A DNA stretch of 32,000 bases from Opitutales bacterium (GTDB lineage Bacteria > Verrucomicrobiota > Verrucomicrobiia > Opitutales > Coraliomargaritaceae), in the NCBI GenBank assembly GCA_049606355.1, contig JBMYVL010000003.1, positions 60,001 through 92,000 on the forward strand, given 5' to 3'. Position 1 is the stretch's first letter, and every line of letters begins with the position of its first letter. The notes under the pieces are model-generated. The model worked only from the letters and a program-made list of their open reading frames with translations, made no database searches and had not been told where the DNA came from. This document shows positions 21,215 to 29,857 of this stretch, in pieces. The translations under genes and the position numbers were made by a program.

Positions 21215-21388
21215 TGCTTGTAATGGGAGGCGGGGATCAGAGAAACTCCTAGAGGTAACCCGTATGATGTCTGAGGCAAGCCAGCAGCGATTCGAGGTCA
21301 ATTTTAAATCTCCACCGTACGGATTCCACGCCTTCATTTTGAATGCTGTTGACAAGGTAGTGATGCCAACGCATTTAAGCCCCTCTTT

Positions 21389-21402
21389 GCGTGTCAACAC
21401 GC
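21389..21402. promoter_or_regulatory. Palindrome GCGTGT-CA-ACACGC just upstream of the 591-aa ORF start
   Basis: Perfect 6-bp arms with a 2-nt spacer, ending 8 nt before ATG 21410, in the acs/unknown-gene divergent intergenic region. Confidence 0.25.
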
Positions 21403-21409
21403 CTATCAA

Positions 21410-23185
21410 ATGGATAATTTTGCAGATCAGTGTCTCGATATGGCCCGTTCAATTCTGGGCCATAATTTAGAATCAATCAGCGAACAGGGTATCATCGCCC
21501 CGTTTGGCGACGAAAGCTCCCGATTGGATGAGCCTGGACACGCAGCACTGGCGATCGGTGAGTACTATCGTGCCACCAACGAAGCACGACTGAATGACTT
21601 TGATCTCATCGACCTAGCCGCACGATGCATTACCGCACAAGCGTTTACTGAAGAGGAATTTGAGAATGGACTCGCCTACTCGGCATTAGGCCTGCTGTCG
21701 TTCGGGCCTTCTAAAGAGCGCAATCCGGTTTGGGAGCGTTTGTTGGACCCGACGCGCGAGCAGTTGGACAAGCAACTCCTCGAGCGCAGCGACTACGAAA
21801 ACCATTTCCAAGTCTTCAATATTGCCAAAGCCGTCACCCGCTTCAGTCTGGGCCTCTCCAAAAAGGATGAAACCGGTCGTTTGATTGATCGTTTCATCGA
21901 GCGTATTGAATCCAACTCCAGCGGCGGCTTCTTGGATGATGCCGGCGGCAGTGACGCCAAGCTAGGCGGCTGTTTTGATGTCTATGGCGTTATGGGCTTT
22001 GTCTTCATTCGACAAGCCCTACAACTGCACGCCAACATCAACCTACGAGAACGTAAGCTACCGAGCCTGCGCACGCACTCCGAGAAGTATTTAAAAATGC
22101 TTCCGGATATGGTCCGCCAAGACGGCACCGGCTTCGCCTACGGTCGATCCATTGGCGCCTATGGGCAGATGCATTGTATCAGCCTGATCTTGCAAGCCTT
22201 GCGGGATGACTGGATTGCTCCGAACCAACGGGATCTCTATCTGGACACCGTGCGCCGTTTGTTTGTGAACTTTTTTGCGACCTATTTGGACCAAGAGCAT
22301 GGCTACCTGGTGATCCGCGATGCTGAGCGCAGCACGGTCCCTTACCACACGACTCGCATGGCCAACTTTGATGCCGCTCGCTATCTGTGCCAGTGGTCCC
22401 GCCTCGCGCGTGCAACGGGTGGGAATTCTGCCCCTTCAGCAACCGTTCCGGCTCGTCAGGTCGGTCGCTTCGTGAATTTTGACAAGTCGCATCGCAAAGA
22501 GCAGGGTTTGTTCCTATATCAAGATGCCGACAGTGGCCTAGCCTTCCAGTTACCCTTGATTGGCAGCAGCTCTGCCGGTCGCAATAAGTCCGACTACCTC
22601 GCCTTCCCGCATTCCCCGGGTATTTTTGATTGGCCGGTCGACAAGTATCTGCCGGTAATGCTGCCTGAGCTTACTTTTGGCGACACAGTCATCATCCCCG
22701 CGTTTTACGGTAAAAATTGCACGACCAGTATCGGGCTGCGCAAGTCTTTGGTCTTCAAATACGAGCAACCTGAGCTCATCAGCACCCGCGAAACCGTTGT
22801 CAATGGTCTGGGTAGCTGTAAAGTTACGTGGACATTCCAAGGTGGCAAAATCAACTGTGAATTCTGCTTTAGCGTAAAACAGCAAATTCAACTGGATCGT
22901 ATGCGCTATATCATGCCCATTGCCGCGCCCCACAGTCGCTACCGCGTGGGCACAGCCCACACACTGGGGCCGGAAGGACACCGTACCAATGTGATCAAGG
23001 ATGATTTCCAAGCGGAATGGAAAGAGCTTGAAACGGTCACCCACGACCCAAACTACCACACTTACTACGGTAACATGCATTACCTGCAAATTTTAGAACG
23101 TGACCATCCGCTGATTATGCGCCCCGGTATGCTCTACCGCTTAGCCTTATCTTTTGAGCCGGACATTGCGTTTGCCGATGAATAG
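21410..23185 (+). CDS. Hypothetical cytoplasmic protein, 591 aa, unknown family
   Basis: A long uninterrupted ORF with coding-like composition and no signal peptide or TM segment. The N-terminal 350 aa or so are Leu/Ala/Glu/Arg-rich and helix-like. The C-terminal 230 aa or so have alternating hydrophobic, beta-like patterning (KVTWTFQGGKINCEFCFSVKQQIQL). I recognise no diagnostic motif. Confidence 0.6.
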   Translation: MDNFADQCLDMARSILGHNLESISEQGIIAPFGDESSRLDEPGHAALAIGEYYRATNEARLNDFDLIDLAARCITAQAFTEEEFENGLAYSALGLLSFGPSKERNPVWERLLDPTREQLDKQLLERSDYENHFQVFNIAKAVTRFSLGLSKKDETGRLIDRFIERIESNSSGGFLDDAGGSDAKLGGCFDVYGVMGFVFIRQALQLHANINLRERKLPSLRTHSEKYLKMLPDMVRQDGTGFAYGRSIGAYGQMHCISLILQALRDDWIAPNQRDLYLDTVRRLFVNFFATYLDQEHGYLVIRDAERSTVPYHTTRMANFDAARYLCQWSRLARATGGNSAPSATVPARQVGRFVNFDKSHRKEQGLFLYQDADSGLAFQLPLIGSSSAGRNKSDYLAFPHSPGIFDWPVDKYLPVMLPELTFGDTVIIPAFYGKNCTTSIGLRKSLVFKYEQPELISTRETVVNGLGSCKVTWTFQGGKINCEFCFSVKQQIQLDRMRYIMPIAAPHSRYRVGTAHTLGPEGHRTNVIKDDFQAEWKELETVTHDPNYHTYYGNMHYLQILERDHPLIMRPGMLYRLALSFEPDIAFADE

Positions 23186-23242
23186 TTCGCCGAGCCGATT
23201 GCTCGGATAGTCATAGAAGCAGTGCCCCCGGCAACGACCCAG

Positions 23243-24007
23243 ATGTTATCCACACGCATCATCCCATGCCTCGATGTTCATGGCGGACGCGTCGTCAAAG
23301 GAGTCAACTTCGTCGACCTCATCGATGCTGGCGACCCGGTTGAACAAGCCAAGGCTTACGAAGCTCAAGGCGCCGACGAGCTTGTCTTTCTAGACATCAC
23401 AGCCTCCAGTGATCAGCGCAGTATTATGCTGGATGTGGTCGAGCGCACCGCATCCGAATGCTTTATGCCCCTCACTGTCGGCGGAGGCCTACGCACCGTC
23501 GGCAACATTCGTGACATGCTCAATGCCGGAGCGGATAAGGTTAGCCTCAATACCGCTGCGGTACTGAATCCGAGCCTCATCCAGGAAGCCTCAAGCAAAT
23601 TTGGCAACCAATGCATCGTGGTTGCCATCGACGCCAAACGGTGTGGATCAGCCGATCAATGGGAGGTCTATACTCATGGCGGACGCCAAGCAACGGGTCG
23701 CGACGCCATCGAATGGGCTCAAGAAGTGGTACGCTTGGGCGCGGGCGAAATTTTACTCACCAGCATGGATGCCGATGGTACTAAAGACGGCTACGATCTG
23801 GCATTAACGAGAGCCATTAGTGATGCGGTCACGGTTCCGGTCATTGCTTCAGGTGGTGCAGGCACATTGGACCATCTCGCCGAGGCAGTTTTACAAGGAA
23901 AGGCCAGCGCAGTTTTAGCCGCTTCGATTTTCCACTTCGGCACGTTCACGATTGCACAGGCCAAAGCACATTTAAAGGAGCGTGGCCTAGCGGTGCGCAG
24001 CCTGTAA
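23243..24007 (+). CDS. hisF: Imidazole glycerol phosphate synthase, cyclase subunit
   Basis: Motifs are [57 protein letters not shown] and [11 protein letters not shown] 23243 gives the standard N-terminus. Confidence 0.9.
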   Translation: MLSTRIIPCLDVHGGRVVKGVNFVDLIDAGDPVEQAKAYEAQGADELVFLDITASSDQRSIMLDVVERTASECFMPLTVGGGLRTVGNIRDMLNAGADKVSLNTAAVLNPSLIQEASSKFGNQCIVVAIDAKRCGSADQWEVYTHGGRQATGRDAIEWAQEVVRLGAGEILLTSMDADGTKDGYDLALTRAISDAVTVPVIASGGAGTLDHLAEAVLQGKASAVLAASIFHFGTFTIAQAKAHLKERGLAVRSL

Positions 24008-24223
24008 AAAACGCACCGCAGCTAGTACTGCTCTCAAACTGAGCCCAGCCGACTGCCTGCGAAGGGCATCTTCGAGCCTCTCGTAATATACGGCATCGAA
24101 AGGGCGGTTATGAGGCATTTGCTGGCAACAAAAGAAACTCTGCTCAAAGCATAGGCAGCGCGCCACATAAGCGCTGGCGTCGACAGAAGATACCAAAGAC
24201 CACCCACACTTTCAGTCGCTCAA

Positions 24224-26056
24224 TCAGATCTCAAAGTCGTGCTTTTTGGCCGCTCCTGCGTCCGTTGGCACATGAATACGATCGACCATTTCAGCGATCG
24301 ATGCAGGCGTTTTTTCGGTGCAGGCACTCACTACGAACGCGACGAAAAAATTAATGAGCATGCCAACAAACCCAATACCCTCTGGTGTAATGCCGAAGAG
24401 CAATTGTTCTGCCGTGCCTCCGAGGAACTGAAAATAAATAATGTAACTACTGGTAAACGCAATCCCGGCGATCATCCCCGCAATACCGCCGGCACGATTG
24501 ATTCGCGTGGTAAAAATACCCAGTAACAAGGTAGGAAAAAAGGACGAGGCCGCCAAACCAAAGGCAAAGGCAACCGTCTTGGCGATAAAGGCAGACGGTG
24601 GATTGATCCCAAAGTAAGCCGCCGCTACCAGGGCGGCAAAGGATGCCATACGTGCGTACGCGACTTCCTCGCGGTCCGTCAAATCAGGCTTAATGATCTT
24701 CTTCATTAAGTCATGTGAGATGGAAGTCGAGAGCACTAGCAAGAGCCCGGCAGCAGTCGACAGCGCCGCAGCAATACAACCAGCCATCAGCAGGGCAATC
24801 ACCCACATGGGTAAGCCTGCCATATATGGATTGGCCATGACCATGATATCGTTACCAAAATACAACTCATTCGGATTCGAAGGATCCGCTTTGTTCGCGA
24901 GCAAGCGCTCGCCGTGACTACCGACACGCTGAGATTCGGGCGCATCGTAGGCAGGATAGATCGGGCCCTTTCCTTGAAAAACGGAGAAGGATCCGGACGC
25001 CGACTTACCGGGGCCGTAATACTGAATGCGGCCGTCATTATTCTTATCCATCCAGGCCATTTGCCCCGTCGCCTCGAATTCCTTAAACCACGACGGCACC
25101 TCATGGTAAGCGGTACCGTGCAGCTTTTCGATTAGGTTGACCCGAGCGAAGGCACCTATTGTCGGCGCAGTCAGGTAGACGACGGCAATAAACAACAAGG
25201 TCCAGCAAGCTGAGCGACGTACCGCTTTCACATCTTTTACCGTAAAGAAACGGACGATCACGTGCGGTAAGCCGGCCGTGCCACACATGAGTGCGGCGGT
25301 GATGCAAAACATATTCATCGTCGACAGCTTTCCTGAGGTATATTCGGCAAAACCCAATTCCGCGTTAATGGCATTGAGCTTGTGCAGAAAAGGTACCGCC
25401 GCATCACCCACGCTATAATTACCAATTAAGCCCAACTGCGGGATCACATTGCCAGTGAGTGCCATCGCAATAAAGATCGCCGGAATCGTGTAGGCAAAAG
25501 CCATCACGCAATATTGTGCGACCTGCGTGTAAGTAATCCCCTTCATGCCCCCGAGCCCCGCATAGACGAATACGATCGCACTGCCGGTGAGCACCCCTGC
25601 CGGGATACCAATCCCAAACAATTGTGAGAACACCACGCCCACACCACGCATTTGACCCATAATGTAGGTCATGCAGATGAAAATCGCGCAAACCACCGCC
25701 ACCCCGCGAGCCAGCTTCGAATAATACCGATCGCCGATGAAGTCCGGCACCGTCGCCTTGTTAAATTTCCGCAAGTACGGCACCATCAGAATCGTCAGGA
25801 GCACGAACCCGCCGGTCCAGCCCATCAAAAAGCGCGACGCATCGTAGCCGCTGATAGCTACAGTGCCGGCCATGGAAATAAAAGTTGCCGCCGACATCCA
25901 GTCTGCTGCCGTTGCCATACCATTCGCAAAAGGCGACACACCGCCACCCGCAGTGTAGTATTCCTGGGTCGATGCTGCGCGCGAGCGTAGTGCGATCGCA
26001 ATGTACAGGGCGAATGAGAGCCCGATAAAAATCAAATTGAGTGAACCTTGTGTCAT
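24224..26056 (-). CDS. Sodium:solute symporter family permease (ActP-like, two-component type)
   Basis: 610 aa with about 13-14 TM segments and an SSS-type layout. It starts 6 nt after a small 2-TM partner gene. From memory, that pairing is typical of the VC_2705-type SSS subfamily. Confidence 0.8.
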   Translation of the reverse strand: MTQGSLNLIFIGLSFALYIAIALRSRAASTQEYYTAGGGVSPFANGMATAADWMSAATFISMAGTVAISGYDASRFLMGWTGGFVLLTILMVPYLRKFNKATVPDFIGDRYYSKLARGVAVVCAIFICMTYIMGQMRGVGVVFSQLFGIGIPAGVLTGSAIVFVYAGLGGMKGITYTQVAQYCVMAFAYTIPAIFIAMALTGNVIPQLGLIGNYSVGDAAVPFLHKLNAINAELGFAEYTSGKLSTMNMFCITAALMCGTAGLPHVIVRFFTVKDVKAVRRSACWTLLFIAVVYLTAPTIGAFARVNLIEKLHGTAYHEVPSWFKEFEATGQMAWMDKNNDGRIQYYGPGKSASGSFSVFQGKGPIYPAYDAPESQRVGSHGERLLANKADPSNPNELYFGNDIMVMANPYMAGLPMWVIALLMAGCIAAALSTAAGLLLVLSTSISHDLMKKIIKPDLTDREEVAYARMASFAALVAAAYFGINPPSAFIAKTVAFAFGLAASSFFPTLLLGIFTTRINRAGGIAGMIAGIAFTSSYIIYFQFLGGTAEQLLFGITPEGIGFVGMLINFFVAFVVSACTEKTPASIAEMVDRIHVPTDAGAAKKHDFEI

Positions 26057-26062
26057 CTCGGG

Positions 26063-26338
26063 CTACGCCTCCTCAACGTGGTATCCGTATTTGGCATCCA
26101 AGCGATTCATCCAAACAGCGTAGATAACGAGAATCAGAACAAAGCTGAGGATCGACCCTTGCTGCGCCATCCAAAAACCAAAAGGGGCATGGCCCACAGC
26201 GGGTAGGTTCGTATCCATCCAGTCGCGACAGAAAATGGCACAGCCATAGCTCGCGGCAAACCACAGTAACAATAAGAATAAAGTGACTTTCATCGTCGCA
26301 CGACGATGTTCAATGGGGTACTGAATCTTTTCCGGCAT
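26063..26338 (-). CDS. Small 2-TM membrane protein, putative symporter small subunit (DUF4212-like)
   Basis: 91 aa with two hydrophobic helices (VTLFLLLLWFAASYGCAIF and SILSFVLILVIYAVWM) and an FGFWMAQQGS motif. It sits directly upstream of the SSS permease. Confidence 0.65.
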   Translation of the reverse strand: MPEKIQYPIEHRRATMKVTLFLLLLWFAASYGCAIFCRDWMDTNLPAVGHAPFGFWMAQQGSILSFVLILVIYAVWMNRLDAKYGYHVEEA

Positions 26339-26464
26339 AACAGATAAGGAAGGGGTTGACTGCTAAACGACCCCAACACCTAGACTTATTTTTTAGGCAA
26401 AGAGAAGATTAATTCACACTGCCTACCCATCCTGTCAGACATCAGACAGTGAGGGAATCCATGC

Positions 26465-26490
26465 GACTGTCGTGCTCACAGTCTTTATTT
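26465..26490 (+). terminator. Orphan plus-strand terminator-like hairpin plus T-tract in a 520-bp intergenic region
   Basis: GACTGT-cgtgctc-ACAGTC followed by TTTATTT. No plus-strand CDS lies upstream of it. A second hairpin, CTGTC-N8-GACAG with a tandem TCAGACA TCAGACA repeat, lies at 26432-26449. Confidence 0.35.
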
Positions 26491-26610
26491 ACAGGCTGCT
26501 ATAACCCTTTAAGGACTGCTCACCAAGCGTAGCCGAAGCGGTATGAAACCACATTCAAAAAATACAAAATTACGCTTGCTTCAAATCATTCAGAAAAATG
26601 TCCTCTCATC

Positions 26611-26796
26611 ATGCGTACCACAACTGTCTTTAATCTTTTAGCGCTCTTTGTACTGCATTCTAGCGCTCAAGCTCATCATACCAGTGCGCCGACGATTCTT
26701 GAGTCATCCAATAGCGCGAGTGCGCTCGCATTGCTGATGATGACTGTGATCACCTGTTGCTTGATGTTTGGAGCGAGCTCCAAGACATCCAGCTAG
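26611..26796 (+). CDS. Possible small exported/anchored peptide (61 aa), weakly supported
   Basis: MRTTTVFNLLALFVLHSSAQA|HH looks like a signal peptide with an AxA site. A C-terminal hydrophobic helix ALALLMMTVITCCLMFGA follows. It has no homolog I know and no RBS. Confidence 0.2.
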   Translation: MRTTTVFNLLALFVLHSSAQAHHTSAPTILESSNSASALALLMMTVITCCLMFGASSKTSS

Positions 26797-26862
26797 AGTC
26801 CACACTCATGATAAAACACTCTGCGCACAGCCTAGGCAGAGTCAGTACATACGCCTCTTAGA

Positions 26863-27714
26863 ATGAGCCCGTTAATTATTGCCAGTACCGCAACTGCTGC
26901 CGCTCTCTACGCAGGTGGCTCGCTACAGATCAAACGCGCGCTGACCCAAGGTGCGGCAAGCAAACAGACAATCGCAGTGACTAACATCGCGATGGCGTTG
27001 TGGTCCTTACCTCTGCTGTTCTTGTGCCGCTGCGATTTCGAACCGATCGCTGGACTGATTGCCGTGCTCGCTGGGATTACGCTTTTTATTGGACGTGTTC
27101 TTTCAGTTAAATCCCTGGAGGTCGGTGATCTCTCAATCGTCGGTCCACTACTCGGGATAAAGACCTTACTGGTCGCGATCTTTTCGTTTGCGACCGGGCA
27201 GGCAGAACTCACTGGCTGGCTATGGGTTGCCGCGATAACTGCGACTCTGGGTGTCATTCTAATCCAACGAGGCCCTCGTAAGCAGGGTAAAAACCGACGG
27301 CTCGCTGCCTATTACGCCGCAGGCGCTAGCATCCTTTTTGCTGCTTGTGATATACTCGTAGTCGAAGCTCGTACAACATTAGGCGTCGGGTGGCTCTCCC
27401 CGACCTTGTTTGTAACACTCGCGCTACTGATCCCGCTGTTGGGCAAGCAAGTCAAGGCGCCTGACTGCGCTAAAAAACCCATGTACCTCGGAGCGCTAAT
27501 TATGGGTTTTCAAACGACATTAATGATTTTCTTGATCAGCCTGACTGGACAAGCCGTCTTGATTAATATCATTTATGCCTCTCGTGCGATCTGGACTGTT
27601 GTCGTTGATCGTGTCTTCGGACGTGGCGATGCGGTGGCTGCTTTTTTCAAATGGCGACTGCTGGGTGCAGCCTTACTGGTTTGTTCAATCATCATCATTA
27701 TCTTCCTGCGCTAA
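26863..27714 (+). CDS. DMT-superfamily (EamA-like) permease
   Basis: 283 aa with about 10 TM helices arranged as two similar halves, each ending in an EamA-like ...G..L...G..LI... segment. Confidence 0.65.
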   Translation: MSPLIIASTATAAALYAGGSLQIKRALTQGAASKQTIAVTNIAMALWSLPLLFLCRCDFEPIAGLIAVLAGITLFIGRVLSVKSLEVGDLSIVGPLLGIKTLLVAIFSFATGQAELTGWLWVAAITATLGVILIQRGPRKQGKNRRLAAYYAAGASILFAACDILVVEARTTLGVGWLSPTLFVTLALLIPLLGKQVKAPDCAKKPMYLGALIMGFQTTLMIFLISLTGQAVLINIIYASRAIWTVVVDRVFGRGDAVAAFFKWRLLGAALLVCSIIIIIFLR

Positions 27715-27756
27715 ACAGCCCGAAGCCACTGAAAGGTATTTCATCCAGTGAGCGTA

Positions 27757-28551
27757 CTACGGTAAGGCTCGATTGAGTTTTCCGGAGACAAAGCCCTCGG
27801 CATCCAAGTCGACCTGCTCGAAGCCGAGGGCGAGAATTTGCGAATGCAAGCTGGGCCAATCCGCCTGAATTCGTGACCTCGCCTCCGCAGGTACTTCGAT
27901 CCGAGCGGTGTTGCCGTAATGTCGCACACGGTTGATTAAAAAACCGGCAGCGCTCAAGATCGCCTCAGCCGCTTCAATCTGGCGCAGTTTCTCAACTGTG
28001 ATTTGCTCTCCATAAGGAACCCGTGAAGATAGGCAGGGACTCGCTGGCTTATCCCAACAAACCAGATTAAAATGTTCCGCCAAACGACGCACCCCCACTT
28101 TGTCGACGGCACAATCGACAAGTGGCGCGCGGACTTGAAATTCCTGCGCCGCTTTGAGCCCGGGTCGGTAATCACCCGCATCATCGGCATTGGTTCCATT
28201 TAAAATCCACCAGCCCGGGTAGTCGTTGGCTAAGTCTTTAAGTGCATCATAGAGAGTATGCTTGCAGAAATAACAACGGTTCGAAGGATTATTATAATAG
28301 TCTGGATTCTCGATCTCACGCGTCGCAATGACTTTCAACTGTAGCCCGATGCTTCGTGCGAATTGCTTGCCCGCATCCAAATCGGAAAGCTTCAAACTCG
28401 GCGATGCCGAAATCACCGCCACGGCCCGGTCGGCTCCTAAAAAGTGCTTGGCCAGATACGCCACCAACGAACTGTCGACACCGCCCGAAAAAGCGATGAG
28501 CGCACCGGGGCACTGCTCAAACCATCTTTCCAAAGTCGACACTTCTACCAT
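27757..28551 (-). CDS. larE: LarE, ATP-dependent sulfur transferase for nickel-pincer nucleotide cofactor synthesis (PP-loop ATP pyrophosphatase)
   Basis: PP-loop IAFSGGVDSSLV, NRCYFCK (C93, C96) and ASPCLSSRVPYGEQIT (C173, equivalent to the LarE sulfur-donor Cys region). 264 aa. Confidence 0.85.
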   Translation of the reverse strand: MVEVSTLERWFEQCPGALIAFSGGVDSSLVAYLAKHFLGADRAVAVISASPSLKLSDLDAGKQFARSIGLQLKVIATREIENPDYYNNPSNRCYFCKHTLYDALKDLANDYPGWWILNGTNADDAGDYRPGLKAAQEFQVRAPLVDCAVDKVGVRRLAEHFNLVCWDKPASPCLSSRVPYGEQITVEKLRQIEAAEAILSAAGFLINRVRHYGNTARIEVPAEARSRIQADWPSLHSQILALGFEQVDLDAEGFVSGKLNRALP

Positions 28552-28624
28552 TTATTATGCGATAATCATTTGATTTGTACCTGTCAACTTGCCCTTATAG
28601 GCACTCCCCACTTATTGATATCCT

Positions 28625-29854
28625 ATGGCTACCCTCCTCTACCAATGTCCCGCCGGTATCAGCGGTGATATGAATCTCGCCGCACTGGTCGCACTCGGGG
28701 TGGATCCCCGCGAGCTGGAAACTGAATTACGTAAACTTCCCTATACTGGCTGGACCCTGCAATTTGAGCCAAGCCAGCGTCACGGCATCAGCGGGCTTAA
28801 CTGTAAGGTAACGCTCACCGAAACGGCGCACCAACATGACAGTGATCACGCACAGGATAGCGAGCACACACATCACCACCGCACATTCGGAGAAATCCGC
28901 GAGGCCATAGAATCCAGCGAGCTGGCAGCCGCCGTCAAAAACGATGCCATCGCCTGTTTTGCCGTTCTAGCTGAAGCTGAAGGTACCGTGCATGGCATCC
29001 GACCCGAAGCCGTTCATTTCCATGAAGTCGGTGCCATCGATTCCATAATTGATATCGTTGGAGCAGCCATTGGTTGGCACCTCCTTGGAGTGGATCGTAT
29101 CGTCTGTGCGTCACTTGAAGTCGGGGGTGGCACAGTACGCTGTGCACACGGCGTAATGCCTGTCCCTGCGCCGGCGACCGCTCAACTGCTGAACGGCATC
29201 CCCTACAGCGCAGGCGCGACTGATAAGGAGACCACCACTCCGACCGGTGCCGCACTCTTGGTCGGCAAGGAGTGTGAGTTCGCCGCCGCACTCAACGGCA
29301 CACAACTTAAATCAGCCATCGCAATTGGCGAACGCGATGATCCGAACTTACCCAATGTGCTGTATGTCTCATTGCTCGACGAAGCCGCCACCAACAGTAT
29401 GCCCGTGCACCAAGAGACCGTTTGGGAAATGGCTACCAATATTGATGACATGAGCGCCGAAGCCCTAAGCTACTTGGCCCAGCAACTATTGGATAACGGT
29501 GCGCTTGATGTATGGCAGACACCGGCGACTTTTAAGAAAGGGCGTCTTGGTTGCGTACTGCACGCACTGGTGCCAACAGACTTACGCGCGAAACTAGAAG
29601 CGTGCTTCTTCAAACACAGTCGAACTCTGGGTGTACGCTATCGACCTTGGCAACGTTCAGCATTACCTCGTACCAGCGAAAGTCTGGAAACGCCCTGGGG
29701 TACCGTAGGGCTTAAAACCGCTCAACTACCAGACGGCTCCACACGTCATAAATTTGAACACGACGATTGCACCCGTATTGCTAAAGAAGAAGCGCAAAGC
29801 CTCCATTGGGTCGAAACCCAACTCGAAGCAAGGATACGTCAACTGGACAAATAA
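28625..29854 (+). CDS. larC: LarC, nickel insertion (cyclometallase) protein for NPN cofactor, single-polypeptide form
   Basis: The N-terminus CPAGISGDMNLAALVALGVD is the DUF111/LarC signature. A His-rich Ni-binding stretch AHQHDSDHAQDSEHTHHH follows, then HFHEVGAIDSIIDIVG. It is 409 aa with no internal frameshift. Confidence 0.85.
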   Translation: MATLLYQCPAGISGDMNLAALVALGVDPRELETELRKLPYTGWTLQFEPSQRHGISGLNCKVTLTETAHQHDSDHAQDSEHTHHHRTFGEIREAIESSELAAAVKNDAIACFAVLAEAEGTVHGIRPEAVHFHEVGAIDSIIDIVGAAIGWHLLGVDRIVCASLEVGGGTVRCAHGVMPVPAPATAQLLNGIPYSAGATDKETTTPTGAALLVGKECEFAAALNGTQLKSAIAIGERDDPNLPNVLYVSLLDEAATNSMPVHQETVWEMATNIDDMSAEALSYLAQQLLDNGALDVWQTPATFKKGRLGCVLHALVPTDLRAKLEACFFKHSRTLGVRYRPWQRSALPRTSESLETPWGTVGLKTAQLPDGSTRHKFEHDDCTRIAKEEAQSLHWVETQLEARIRQLDK

Positions 29855-29857
29855 ATC

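Noticed and set aside
21215-21409. N-terminal extension of acs in the ORF track; similar extensions for the HAD hydrolase (9436-9573), LbH protein (10938-11042), hflX (10970-11080), hisF and serC
   Set aside because: The extensions have no counterpart in the respective families and would make divergent genes overlap. Internal ATGs give canonical N-termini.
22550-23089. 179-aa minus-strand ORF inside the 591-aa unknown gene
   Set aside because: The plus-strand ORF is three times longer and uninterrupted. The antisense product has no motifs. I still flag the plus-strand gene itself as unknown.
23190-23206. Hairpin CCGAGC-N5-GCTCGG after the 591-aa gene as a terminator
   Set aside because: It has only a 6-bp stem and no following T-tract, and hisF starts 37 nt later. 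Co-transcription is more likely, so it is too weak to call.
23987-24196. 69-aa minus-strand ORF downstream of the symporter, overlapping the hisF 3' end
   Set aside because: It has odd Cys/Gln/Phe-rich composition, no motif, overlaps hisF by 21 nt and has no RBS. The 216-bp hisF/symporter convergent spacer otherwise showed no tRNA-like or strong hairpin structure. I kept it only as a note.
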